From an uncultured Solirubrobacteraceae bacterium (lineage in GTDB: Bacteria; Actinomycetota; Thermoleophilia; Solirubrobacterales; Solirubrobacteraceae), in NCBI GenBank assembly GCA_963715385.1, contig OY970237.1, positions 2,334,610 to 2,398,609 of the forward strand: 64,000 nucleotides of DNA. Reading direction: 5' to 3'. This document shows positions 1-8,554 of this stretch, piece after piece; positions within the stretch are counted from its first letter, which is position 1; each line of letters begins with the position of its first letter. The notes under the pieces are model-generated. The model worked only from the letters and a program-made list of their open reading frames with translations, was not told the origin of the DNA and searched no databases. Position numbers and translations under genes: made by a program.

Positions 1-179
1 GTCTCCCAGAAGTCGATAATCGCCTGCGGGCCAACACAGATCCTCTGGCCGGGAAACTGCGCGGTGTTGTGCCACACGACATCGGTGTGGAAATCGCGCT
101 CGGCGTCTTGCTGGTCGGCGCGCAGCACAGCGTCAAGTGCGCGGCGAGGATACGCTCGGGAAGTGACCCACGCAAACAC
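1..179 (-). CDS. Partial SnoaL/NTF2-like protein running off the window edge
   Basis: Manual translation ...RRALDAVLRADQQDAERDFHTDVVWHNTAQFPGQRICVGPQAIIDFWET; not in the ORF track; start uncertain. Confidence 0.5.
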   Translation of the reverse strand, partial: MFAWVTSRAYPRRALDAVLRADQQDAERDFHTDVVWHNTAQFPGQRICVGPQAIIDFWE

Positions 180-206
180 ACGCGCGCACCCCCGAGCCCC
201 GGACCG

Positions 207-2606
207 ATGAGCCCCCCGCTGAAGCGCTATCGCGCGAAACGCGACTTCGCGAGCACCCCGGAGCCCGCGGGTGGCGAGGCCACCTCGGCGGGCGCGCCTC
301 GGTTCGTGATCCACGAGCACAGCGCCACGCGGCTGCACTGGGACCTGCGCTTGGAGCGTGACGGCGTGCTCGCCTCGTGGGCGATCCCCAAGGGGCTTCC
401 GGAGGAGCCGAAGGACAACCGCCTGGCCGTGTGGACGGAGGACCACCCGCTCGAGTACATCGACTTCCACGGTGAGATCCCGACGGGGCAGTACGGCGCC
501 GGGACCATGAGCATCTGGGATCACGGCACGTATGAGGTCCTGAAGTGGGAGCCGCGGAAGATCGAGGTGGCGCTGCATGGCGAGCGCGTGGACGCGCGCT
601 ACGCGCTGTTCCCGATCTCGAAGGAGGCCGAGCCGAAGGAGTGGATGATTCACCGCATGGACCCGCCCGCGGACCCCGGGCGCGAGCCGATGCCCGAGCA
701 CATCGAGCCGATGCTCGCGCGCGCCGGGCCGCTGCCGCGCGAGAGGCGGGGATGGGCGTATGAGATCAAGTGGGATGGAGTGCGGGCGATCGCCTACTCA
801 AAGCCCGGCGAGCTGCGACTGGAGAGCCGCAACCTCAACGATGTGAGCGCTCAGTATCCCGAGCTAGGACGGCTGAACCGCGCGCTCAGTTCGCATGCCG
901 CCGTGCTGGACGGCGAGGTCGTCGCGTTCGACGAGCACGGCCGCCCGAGCTTCGAGGCGCTTCAGCAGCGCATGCACGTCAGCTCGAAGGCACAGGTCAA
1001 ACGGCTGGCGCAGGGCACGCCCGTCACGTATGTGATCTTCGATCTGCTGTGGCTGGACGGCCACTCGCTGATGGAGCTGCCCTACTCCGAGCGCCGCGAG
1101 CTGCTGTCCGCCTTGCGGCTGGACGGCGGCGCCTGGCAGACGCCCGATCACCTGCCCGGCCCGGGCGCGGAGGTGCTGCGGGCGAGCGCCGAGCAGGGCC
1201 TCGAGGGAGTCCTCGCCAAGCGGCTGGACTCCCCTTACCGGCCCGGACAGCGCACGAGCACGTGGGTGAAGATCAAGAACACCGGCCGCCAGGAAGTCGT
1301 GATCGGCGGCTGGCTTGCAGGCGAGGGAAGGCGCAGCGAACGGATCGGCGCGCTGCTCATGGGCGTCCATGACGAGCACGGCGCGCTCCGCTACGCCGGG
1401 CGCGTCGGCACCGGCTTCAGCGACGAGGAGCTCGAGCGGCTGGCGGTCCTGCTCGCCCCGCTCGAGCGCCCCGGCTCGCCCTTCGCAGGTGGCGCAAAGC
1501 CACCGAAAGGCGCTGTCTTCTGCGAGCCGCGGCTGGTCGCGGAGATCGAGTTCACGGAGTGGACCAAGAGCGGCAGCCTGCGCCACCCCTCCTACAAGGG
1601 GCTGCGCGAGGACAAGTCCGCCGAGGAGGTCGTGCGCGAGCAGGAGCCCGCGGCGGCGGAGGAGCGCGCCCCGCGGGACGGCCTCGTGCTGCACGAGCAG
1701 ACGGCGGAGAAAGCGACGGCCTCGCTCGACGGGCGCGAGCTGAAGCTGTCGAACCTCGAGAAGGTGCTCTACCCGCAGGCGTCCTTCACCAAGAGAGATG
1801 TGATCGATTTCTATTGGGGGATCGCGCCGGTGCTCCTCGCGCATCTGCACGGCCGCACGCTGACGGTCACACGCTGGCCGGATGGCGTGCAGGGTAAGTC
1901 CTTCTTTCAGAAGCAGGCGCCAGCGCATCGGCCGGAGTGGGTGCAGACGGCGAGGATCGAACACCAGCGCAAACCGGTCGACTACGTGCTCGCCCAGGAC
2001 CTGCCGACGTTGATCTGGCTGGCGAACCTCGCGGCGCTGGAGCTGCACACGCCGATGGCGCGCGCGCAGGCGATCGAGCGCCCGACGATGCTCGTGTTCG
2101 ACCTCGATCCGGGCGAGCCGGCGACGATCATCGAGTGCTGCCGGGTGGGCATGCGGCTGCACGACATGTTCGAGAACCTCGGCCTGCAGAGCTTCGCCAA
2201 GACCTCCGGGTCGAAGGGGCTGCAGCTGTACGTGCCGCTGAACACCCCAGGCACGAGCTACGAGCACACCAAGCCCTTCGCCAAGGCCGTCGCCGAGCTG
2301 CTCGAGGAGGATCAGCCCGAGCTGATCGTCTCGCGCATGACGAAGTCCAGACGCGGCGGCAAGGTGCTGATCGATTGGAGCCAGAACGACCGGCGCAAGA
2401 CGACCGTGTGCGCCTACTCGCTGCGCGCCCGCGAGCGCCCGACCGTCTCCACCCCGCTGGAATGGGAGGAGGTGCGCGCGGCGCTCGACTCCGGAGATCC
2501 CGGCGAGCTGGTGTTCGAGGCTGGTGCGGTGCTGGAGCGCGTGCGCGAGCGCGGCGACCTGTTCGCGCCGGTCCTGTCGCTGGTCCAGGAACTGCCGTCA
2601 CTGTGA
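207..2606 (+). CDS. ligD: Multidomain NHEJ DNA ligase D (phosphoesterase-ligase-polymerase)
   Basis: YRAKRDFASTPEP/HWDLRLE phosphoesterase; YEIKWDG adenylation motif; EGVLAK; primase-like FDLDPGE and KTSGSKGLQ; ATG at 207 preferred. Confidence 0.93.
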   Translation: MSPPLKRYRAKRDFASTPEPAGGEATSAGAPRFVIHEHSATRLHWDLRLERDGVLASWAIPKGLPEEPKDNRLAVWTEDHPLEYIDFHGEIPTGQYGAGTMSIWDHGTYEVLKWEPRKIEVALHGERVDARYALFPISKEAEPKEWMIHRMDPPADPGREPMPEHIEPMLARAGPLPRERRGWAYEIKWDGVRAIAYSKPGELRLESRNLNDVSAQYPELGRLNRALSSHAAVLDGEVVAFDEHGRPSFEALQQRMHVSSKAQVKRLAQGTPVTYVIFDLLWLDGHSLMELPYSERRELLSALRLDGGAWQTPDHLPGPGAEVLRASAEQGLEGVLAKRLDSPYRPGQRTSTWVKIKNTGRQEVVIGGWLAGEGRRSERIGALLMGVHDEHGALRYAGRVGTGFSDEELERLAVLLAPLERPGSPFAGGAKPPKGAVFCEPRLVAEIEFTEWTKSGSLRHPSYKGLREDKSAEEVVREQEPAAAEERAPRDGLVLHEQTAEKATASLDGRELKLSNLEKVLYPQASFTKRDVIDFYWGIAPVLLAHLHGRTLTVTRWPDGVQGKSFFQKQAPAHRPEWVQTARIEHQRKPVDYVLAQDLPTLIWLANLAALELHTPMARAQAIERPTMLVFDLDPGEPATIIECCRVGMRLHDMFENLGLQSFAKTSGSKGLQLYVPLNTPGTSYEHTKPFAKAVAELLEEDQPELIVSRMTKSRRGGKVLIDWSQNDRRKTTVCAYSLRARERPTVSTPLEWEEVRAALDSGDPGELVFEAGAVLERVRERGDLFAPVLSLVQELPSL

Positions 2607-2700
2607 TGCGGACGCCCGATCCCGCAACCGTCCGACGCGACCGCCGCCGCAATTTCCTGACCACACCAGATGCGCCTGCCGGCGCACGATTGGAGCCGTG

Positions 2701-3114
2701 ATGACCGATATCGCCACGCCAGTCCAGTTCCGCGACTCGATGCCATTCGCCGCGCTGATCGGCGTCGAGCTGCTCGAGACGAGCGCCGAGCTCGTGCGCG
2801 GCCGCCTGGAGTTCTCGCCCGAGCGATGCACGGCCGGCGGCCTCGTGCACGGTGGCGCGCTGATGGCGCTCGCCGATGCCTGCGGCGGCGTGTGCGCGTT
2901 CCTGAACCTGCCCGAGGGGGCGATCGGCACCGCGACGATCGAGTCCAAGACCAACTTCCTGCGGGCCGTGCGTGAGGGCGCGCTGACGGCCACCACGAGG
3001 CCGCTGCACGGCGGGCGCACGATGGCCGTGCTGGAGACGGAGATCGTGCGCGAGGATGGCGCGCTCGCGGCGAAGGTCACACAGACGCAGGCCTTTCACT
3101 ACCCGCGCGCCTGA
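2701..3114 (+). CDS. PaaI family (hotdog) thioesterase
   Basis: GLVHGGALMALADA motif; TIESKTNFLR. Confidence 0.85.
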   Translation: MTDIATPVQFRDSMPFAALIGVELLETSAELVRGRLEFSPERCTAGGLVHGGALMALADACGGVCAFLNLPEGAIGTATIESKTNFLRAVREGALTATTRPLHGGRTMAVLETEIVREDGALAAKVTQTQAFHYPRA

Positions 3115-3183
3115 GTCGAGCAGACGCGCACGCTCACAAGCGCTCGAGCCACGGGCGCTCACAGGGCATAGGATGCGCTCCAG

Positions 3184-3987
3184 ATGTCCCAGCTGCTGCT
3201 CGTCGAGGAGCCCGCTCCGCACGTTCGCCTGCTCACGTTGAACCGGCCCGAGCAGCTGAATGCGATGACGGCCGAGCTGTGCGAGGCGCTGCATGTCCAG
3301 ATGCGCGCGATCGCAGCCGACCGGTCGTGCCGCGTGGTCGTTCTGACGGGCGCCGGCCGTGGCTTCTGCGCGGGGATCGACCTGCGCGGATACGGCGCTG
3401 CTCCTGGCAACGACGAAAGCGATCTGTCACGCGATCGACTCATCAATCAACAGCACATGTCGACTTTGGTGCTCGGGCTGCGCGCGCTGCCACAACCGGT
3501 GATCGCGGCGGTCAACGGTCCCGCCGCCGGTCTCGGGCTGGCGCTGACGCTGGGCTGTGACATCCGCTATGCGAGCCCCGAGGCCGTCTTTCGTGTGGCC
3601 TTCATCAACATCGGCGTGTCCAACTGCGACATGGGCACGAGCTGGCTGCTGCCGCGGTTGATCGGCGCCTCGCGCTCGCACGAGCTGATGCTCACCGGCC
3701 GCCGCTTCGACGCCGAGGAGGCGCTGCGAATCGGCCTCGTCGCGGATGTCGTGGATCAGGCGCGCCTGCTCGAGCGAGCGCTCGAAGGCGCCGAGCAGAT
3801 CGCCGCGCTCGCGCCATGGGGCGTGCGCTTGACCAAGCAGGGCATGTGGGCGGCCCTGGAGATCCCCTCCGAGCGGACGGCCGTCGAGTATGAGGACCGT
3901 CAGCAGATCATGGCCACGTTCGGCAACGCGCTGCCGGAGGCGGTCGGCGCCTTCCTGGAGAAGCGCCCGGCCGAGTTCGCCGACTGA
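3184..3987 (+). CDS. Enoyl-CoA hydratase/isomerase family protein
   Basis: TLNRPEQLNA, FCAGIDL, IAAVNGPAAGLG. Confidence 0.9.
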   Translation: MSQLLLVEEPAPHVRLLTLNRPEQLNAMTAELCEALHVQMRAIAADRSCRVVVLTGAGRGFCAGIDLRGYGAAPGNDESDLSRDRLINQQHMSTLVLGLRALPQPVIAAVNGPAAGLGLALTLGCDIRYASPEAVFRVAFINIGVSNCDMGTSWLLPRLIGASRSHELMLTGRRFDAEEALRIGLVADVVDQARLLERALEGAEQIAALAPWGVRLTKQGMWAALEIPSERTAVEYEDRQQIMATFGNALPEAVGAFLEKRPAEFAD

Positions 3988-3989
3988 CG

Positions 3990-4763
3990 ATGAGCGACCT
4001 GTTCGACGTATCCGGCAAGACGGCGCTCGTGACGGGCGGCTCGCGCGGGATCGGGCTGATGATCTCCCGCGCGCTCGTGCAGGCGGGAGCGCGCGTGATC
4101 GTCTCCTCGCGCAAGACCCAGGACGTCGAGGCCAGCGCCGCCGAGCTCGCGAAGCTGGGCGACTGCGAGGCAATCACGGCCGACGTCTCGACTCCGCAGG
4201 GGGCTGCGGCACTCGCAGCGGCGACGCAGGAGCGCTTCCCTGCGCTTGACATCCTCGTCAACAACGCCGGGGCCGTGTGGGGAGCGCCGCTCGAGGAGTT
4301 CCCGGCCGGCGGCTGGGACAAGGTCCTGCACACGAACGTCGAGGGCGTCTTTCACCTGACGGTCGCGCTGCTCGGCGCGCTGCGCGCGTCGGCCAGCGAG
4401 GAGGACCCGGCGCGCGTTATCAACATCGGCTCGATCGACGGCCTGCGCACACCGCCGGTCGAGAACTACAGCTACAGCGCCAGCAAGGCGGCCGTGCACA
4501 TGCTCACGCGCCACCTCGCCAAGCGCCTGGCATCGGAGCACATCACCGTCAACGCGATCGCCCCCGGTCCGTTCCCGAGCAAAATGATGGCCGTGCTCGA
4601 GGACCCGGAGTGGCGCGCGCGGATCGAAGAGGAAGTCCCGCTCAGGCGTGTCGGGCGTCCCGACGACATCGCGGGGCTGACGCTGCTGCTCGCCTCCCGC
4701 GCAGGCTCCTTCCTCACGGGGACCGTGATCCCGCTCGACGGCGGCATCACCGGGTGTGGGTAG
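3990..4763 (+). CDS. Short-chain dehydrogenase/reductase
   Basis: TGGSRGIG, NNAG, YSASK; 2 nt after upstream stop. Confidence 0.9.
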   Translation: MSDLFDVSGKTALVTGGSRGIGLMISRALVQAGARVIVSSRKTQDVEASAAELAKLGDCEAITADVSTPQGAAALAAATQERFPALDILVNNAGAVWGAPLEEFPAGGWDKVLHTNVEGVFHLTVALLGALRASASEEDPARVINIGSIDGLRTPPVENYSYSASKAAVHMLTRHLAKRLASEHITVNAIAPGPFPSKMMAVLEDPEWRARIEEEVPLRRVGRPDDIAGLTLLLASRAGSFLTGTVIPLDGGITGCG

Positions 4764-4780
4764 GGGCACGGGACACGGCA

Positions 4781-5182
4781 ATGTCGCAGGAGAACGTCGA
4801 TCTCAGCCGCCGGTTCTGGATGCTCTTCAACGACCGCGAATGGGACGCCTGGTGGGACCTGATGGCCGAGGACATCGAGTGGCATGCCCGCTCTGACAAG
4901 CCGGACGTGGAGATCTATTACGGCCAGGAGAGCCTCAAGAGACTCGTGGACTCGTGGATGGAGATGTTCCCGGACCTGCGCCTGGAGTTCACCGGCGAGA
5001 GCATCGACCTCGGCGATCAGGTGATCACCCCAACGGATCTCCTCGGAACGGCCAGGACGACCGGCATCGCGCTCCACGAACCCTACAGCTGGCTGTTCAA
5101 GATCTCAGAGCGGAAGATCGTGCTCGCTCATGAATTCCACAACAACGAGGAGGCGCTCGAAGCGGCGGAGCCGCAGGGTTAG
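4781..5182 (+). CDS. SnoaL-like/NTF2 family protein
   Basis: MSQENVDLSRRF start, DIEW motif, 133 aa. Confidence 0.75.
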   Translation: MSQENVDLSRRFWMLFNDREWDAWWDLMAEDIEWHARSDKPDVEIYYGQESLKRLVDSWMEMFPDLRLEFTGESIDLGDQVITPTDLLGTARTTGIALHEPYSWLFKISERKIVLAHEFHNNEEALEAAEPQG

Positions 5183-5243
5183 GCGCGGTCCGCCGAGCCG
5201 ACGCGTCCGCCCCTCCCATTACCGGCGCGCGGGCGGCTGCCCC

Positions 5244-5918
5244 TCATGCCGACGCGGCTCCAGCCGGTAGAAGGCGGTCGAGGCCATCGAGGATCAGATC
5301 GAGCCCCCACGCGAACTCGACGGCCTCGTCGTACCCGGTCTCGGGGAGCTTCTTAGCGATCTCGGCGAGATATGGGTAGTCCTCGAGCGTGCCGATCGTC
5401 TCGGCTCTCCTCTGTGCGGCTTGTCCGGCACTATCGGGTGTCTCGAACCCTAGATCCCTCTCCTGCAGGGCGAAGCCGTAGATGTATGCGTCCTGGACCG
5501 AATAGGCGTGGACCGCCATCTCGAACGCGAAGCCCGCCTTCCGCAGGCAGGCCATCACCGCATTGTGGTTTCGCAGGTTCGCCGGCCCCGGGTGCCGCGA
5601 CTCCATCATCCCGATCGCCCAACTGTGGCGCTGCAGCGCCTCGCGCGTGGAGATCGCCCGGCGCCGCATGGCGGATCTCCAGTCGAGGTCCCCGGACGGA
5701 AGCTCGATCTCGCCAAAGACGATGTCGACCATTCCGTCGAGGAGCTCCTCCTTGTTCGCGACGTGCTTGTAGAGCGCCATCGGCACGACGCCGAGCTCCT
5801 GTGCGAGCCCGCGCATGCTGAACGCCTCAAGCCCGGCCTCATCGGCGAGGGCAACGGCGGCCTCGAGCACACGAGCGCTGCTCAGCGGTATCCGGGTTGC
5901 GATCTTCTGTTTCGTCAT
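5244..5918 (-). CDS. TetR family regulator (TetR_C type)
   Basis: HTH FSMRGLAQELGVVPMALYKHVANKEELLD; C-terminal FAWGLDLILDGL. Confidence 0.9.
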   Translation of the reverse strand: MTKQKIATRIPLSSARVLEAAVALADEAGLEAFSMRGLAQELGVVPMALYKHVANKEELLDGMVDIVFGEIELPSGDLDWRSAMRRRAISTREALQRHSWAIGMMESRHPGPANLRNHNAVMACLRKAGFAFEMAVHAYSVQDAYIYGFALQERDLGFETPDSAGQAAQRRAETIGTLEDYPYLAEIAKKLPETGYDEAVEFAWGLDLILDGLDRLLPAGAASA

Positions 5919-5923
5919 TGCCC

Positions 5924-5977
5924 TTGACAAGTGTACACCGTACACCTATAGTCGGCAGCAGAGTGTACGTCGTACAC
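5924..5977 (+). promoter_or_regulatory. Sigma70-type promoter TTGACA-N17-TATAGT with two GTGTAC-N3-GTACAC operators
   Basis: -35 at 5924-5929, -10 at 5947-5952; palindromes at 5931-5945 and 5963-5977 between divergent tetR and DUF4389 gene. Confidence 0.75.
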
Positions 5978-5995
5978 CTTACGGAGAGGCATCTC

Positions 5996-6625
5996 ATGAA
6001 CCCCGACGCGCCGTATCCCGTCCAGTACTCGGTCGACTACCCGGACCGCCCGCTCAACCGCCTGACGACTTTCTTTCGCCCGTTCACGGTCATCCCGATC
6101 GTGATCGTGCTCGCCCTGATCGAGGGCGGCGGCTACGCCTACGGTGGCGGGAGGGCCGCCGGGGCTGTCGGCGGCGCCGGCCTGGTCGTGCTGCCCACGC
6201 TGCTGCTGATCCTGTTCCGGCAGAAGTACCCACGCTGGTGGTTTGACTGGAACCTCGAGCTGATGCGGTTCTCCGCCCGGGTAGGGGTCTATCTGGCGCT
6301 GATGGAGGACCGCTATCCCTCCACCGACGAGCACCAGGCGGTGCATCTGGACTTTCCGCATCCGGACGCACGCAACGACCTCAACCGCTGGCTGCCGCTG
6401 GTCAAGTGGCTGCTCGCGATCCCCCACTACGTGGTGCTGTTCTTCCTCTACATCGCGGCGTTCCTCGTCGTGATCCTGGCCTGGTTCGCGATCCTGTTCA
6501 CCGGTCGCTTCCCGCGCGGCATGTTCGACTTCCTGGTCGGCGTCGGTCGCTGGACGAACCGGGTGGTCGCATATGCCCACGTGCTGGTCACCGATCGCTA
6601 CCCGCCGTTCCGCCTCGCCCCGTAG
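5996..6625 (+). CDS. DUF4389-like membrane protein
   Basis: Two repeated FxxxYPR..FD and D.YPPF units with hydrophobic helices; GGAGAG RBS. Confidence 0.75.
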   Translation: MNPDAPYPVQYSVDYPDRPLNRLTTFFRPFTVIPIVIVLALIEGGGYAYGGGRAAGAVGGAGLVVLPTLLLILFRQKYPRWWFDWNLELMRFSARVGVYLALMEDRYPSTDEHQAVHLDFPHPDARNDLNRWLPLVKWLLAIPHYVVLFFLYIAAFLVVILAWFAILFTGRFPRGMFDFLVGVGRWTNRVVAYAHVLVTDRYPPFRLAP

Positions 6626-6654
6626 TTTCCGCGGGCGGATGCGGGGAGGTGACG

Positions 6655-6688
6655 GCCGTGATCAGGCCAGATGGAACCTGATCACGGC
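6655..6688. terminator. 12-bp stem hairpin between convergent genes
   Basis: GCCGTGATCAGG-N10-CCTGATCACGGC; no U-tract. Confidence 0.5.
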
Positions 6689-6741
6689 TCTCGCAAGCTC
6701 AAGACGGCAATGTACCCGCCGCCCGCCTGCAAGCCACGCTC

Positions 6742-7275
6742 TCAGGCCCGCAGGCGCACGCCGTCGCCGCTTGCGAGCAGGCGGCGCCCGGAGACGACGC
6801 CGGGCTCGTGCGCGCCCGGCGGGTCGACGACGCCACCACGGGCCGTCGCTCGCAGCTCGCCCGCCTCGAGCTCGCGCTCGCATTGCGGGCAGCGAACCTC
6901 GACACGCACCTCGTGACCGCAGCCGTCGTGCGTGACGCGCACCGGCCCGCGCTCGCCCGGCCACATCCAGCGATCGCCCCATTGCATCAGCGCCAGCAGC
7001 GCGGGGATCAGCTCGGCGCCCTTCTCGGTCAACCGGTACTCGTGGCGCTTGGGACGCTGCTGGTAGATGCTTCGCTCGAGGATGCCCTCGGCAACGAGCG
7101 TCTCGAGCCGGTCGGAGAGGACGTTGGCGGAGATGGCAAGGTCCTCCTGGATCGCCGCGAAGCGCCGGATGCCGTAAGCGACATCGCGCAGGATGAGAGG
7201 CGTCCACCACTCCCCGGCCACGTCGAGCGTCCTCGCGATCGAGCATGGGTGATGGCTCAGAGCGGTGCGCTTCAC
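6742..7275 (-). CDS. HxlR family winged-helix regulator
   Basis: CSIARTLDVAGEWWTPLILR, RRF, EYRLTEKG, LMQWGD; GTG start inferred. Confidence 0.85.
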   Translation of the reverse strand: MKRTALSHHPCSIARTLDVAGEWWTPLILRDVAYGIRRFAAIQEDLAISANVLSDRLETLVAEGILERSIYQQRPKRHEYRLTEKGAELIPALLALMQWGDRWMWPGERGPVRVTHDGCGHEVRVEVRCPQCERELEAGELRATARGGVVDPPGAHEPGVVSGRRLLASGDGVRLRA

Positions 7276-7305
7276 GACGATCGAAGTGTATCGCTTGCAT
7301 AAGGG

Positions 7306-7328
7306 GAGTGACTTGTATAGAGTCACTC
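7306..7328. promoter_or_regulatory. Inverted repeat, candidate HxlR operator
   Basis: GAGTGACT-N7-AGTCACTC ending 2 nt before the ATG at 7331. Confidence 0.5.
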
Positions 7329-7330
7329 TT

Positions 7331-7936
7331 ATGACAAGAGCGACACGTCGGGTGGGCGGCTCCAATCCCCTCTCGGAGTTCGTGCTGAAGGACGAGCACG
7401 GCGTGGCCCGCGAGCTCGACGGCCTGTGGCGAGAGCGCGCGGTGGCGCTTGTGTTCCTGCGTCACTACCTCTGCGTGCAATGTCGCGTCGGCGCGATGGA
7501 GCTCGAGCGCGATCGCGACCTGCTGGGCCCCGAGCCGAATGTGTGGCTGATCGGCATGGGCACGCCAGCGCAGGCGGCCGCCTTCAAGCAGCAGACTGGG
7601 GTGCGCTTTCCGGTGCTGGTCTCGCCCGACATGCGGGCGTATGAGGCGATGGACCTGCCGCGCGGAAGCCTGCGCCAGATCTTCGGCCCGGCCGCACAGC
7701 GGGTGGCAAGACGCCGCGCGAAGGGTGTGGGACTCGCCCGCGCCGCCGAGGGCGGCAACCGGCCCAAGCAACGACCCGAACAGGATTGGCATCAGCTCGG
7801 TGGCGCGTTCGTGTTCGCGCCCGGCGGGCGGACCGTTTGGAGCCATCGCGCGCGGCACGCGGGCGATGACGCGGACAGCCGCGCCCTCGCCGACGCGTTG
7901 CGCCAGGCCGAGCGCACGCAGACGCATCCAACTTGA
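7331..7936 (+). CDS. Peroxiredoxin-like (PRXL2/AhpC-TSA_2) protein
   Basis: VFLRHYLCVQCR CxxC motif; QLGGAFVF. Confidence 0.75.
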   Translation: MTRATRRVGGSNPLSEFVLKDEHGVARELDGLWRERAVALVFLRHYLCVQCRVGAMELERDRDLLGPEPNVWLIGMGTPAQAAAFKQQTGVRFPVLVSPDMRAYEAMDLPRGSLRQIFGPAAQRVARRRAKGVGLARAAEGGNRPKQRPEQDWHQLGGAFVFAPGGRTVWSHRARHAGDDADSRALADALRQAERTQTHPT

Positions 7937-7982
7937 CATCACCAACCCAGATACCGGCGACCGGCCGGAGGAGGTCTGACAC

Positions 7983-8474
7983 ATGCCAATGCTCGACGCG
8001 TACATACCCGAGGGAGCGCTGACGGACACGGCCGAGGCGAAGCTGCTGAGCGAGTTGACTGACATCCTCATCGTCAACGAGGGCGCGGACCCCTCCAATC
8101 CGCAGGTTCGCTCGATCGCCTGGCTGTTCGTGCATCGTCCCGAGGCGGTCTACGTCGCCGGCGCGCCCGCCGTCGCTCCCCACTACCGCTTCATCGCCTC
8201 AGTCCCGGAGGGTCAATACGAGCCCGAGCGTCGTGAAGCGATGGTGAGCACGATCACCGAGGCCGTGCTCGATGCCGAGGGCGGCGCCTACGAGCGCGAC
8301 CCGGGCCGCGTGTGGGTCTTTACGCCCGAGGTGCCCGATGGCACTTGGGGTGGATTCGGGCGGATCGCAACGCTCGCGGACATCGCGACGCTCGCCACGG
8401 GCGATCCGGAGCGCGGGCGCCGGTATGCCGAGGAACGCCTCGGTGGACGGCGCGCGGTGGCGGCGATGGCCTGA
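7983..8474 (+). CDS. Tautomerase superfamily protein
   Basis: N-terminal Pro after Met (MPMLDAYIPEG); VWVF.PEVPDG.WG. Confidence 0.7.
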   Translation: MPMLDAYIPEGALTDTAEAKLLSELTDILIVNEGADPSNPQVRSIAWLFVHRPEAVYVAGAPAVAPHYRFIASVPEGQYEPERREAMVSTITEAVLDAEGGAYERDPGRVWVFTPEVPDGTWGGFGRIATLADIATLATGDPERGRRYAEERLGGRRAVAAMA

Positions 8475-8486
8475 GGTAGCGCCCAT

Positions 8487-8519
8487 GGATCACCGGCGAC
8501 TCGCGCCCGCCGGTGATCC
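8487..8519. terminator. 12-bp perfect hairpin after tautomerase gene
   Basis: GGATCACCGGCG-N9-CGCCGGTGATCC. Confidence 0.45.
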
Positions 8520-8554
8520 GCCTACGGCCAGTTGACTGCGTCAAGCTGACGGGC

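Noticed and set aside
7331-7936. Selenocysteine in the peroxiredoxin-like protein
   Set aside because: Both CxxC positions are Cys codons; no in-frame TGA.
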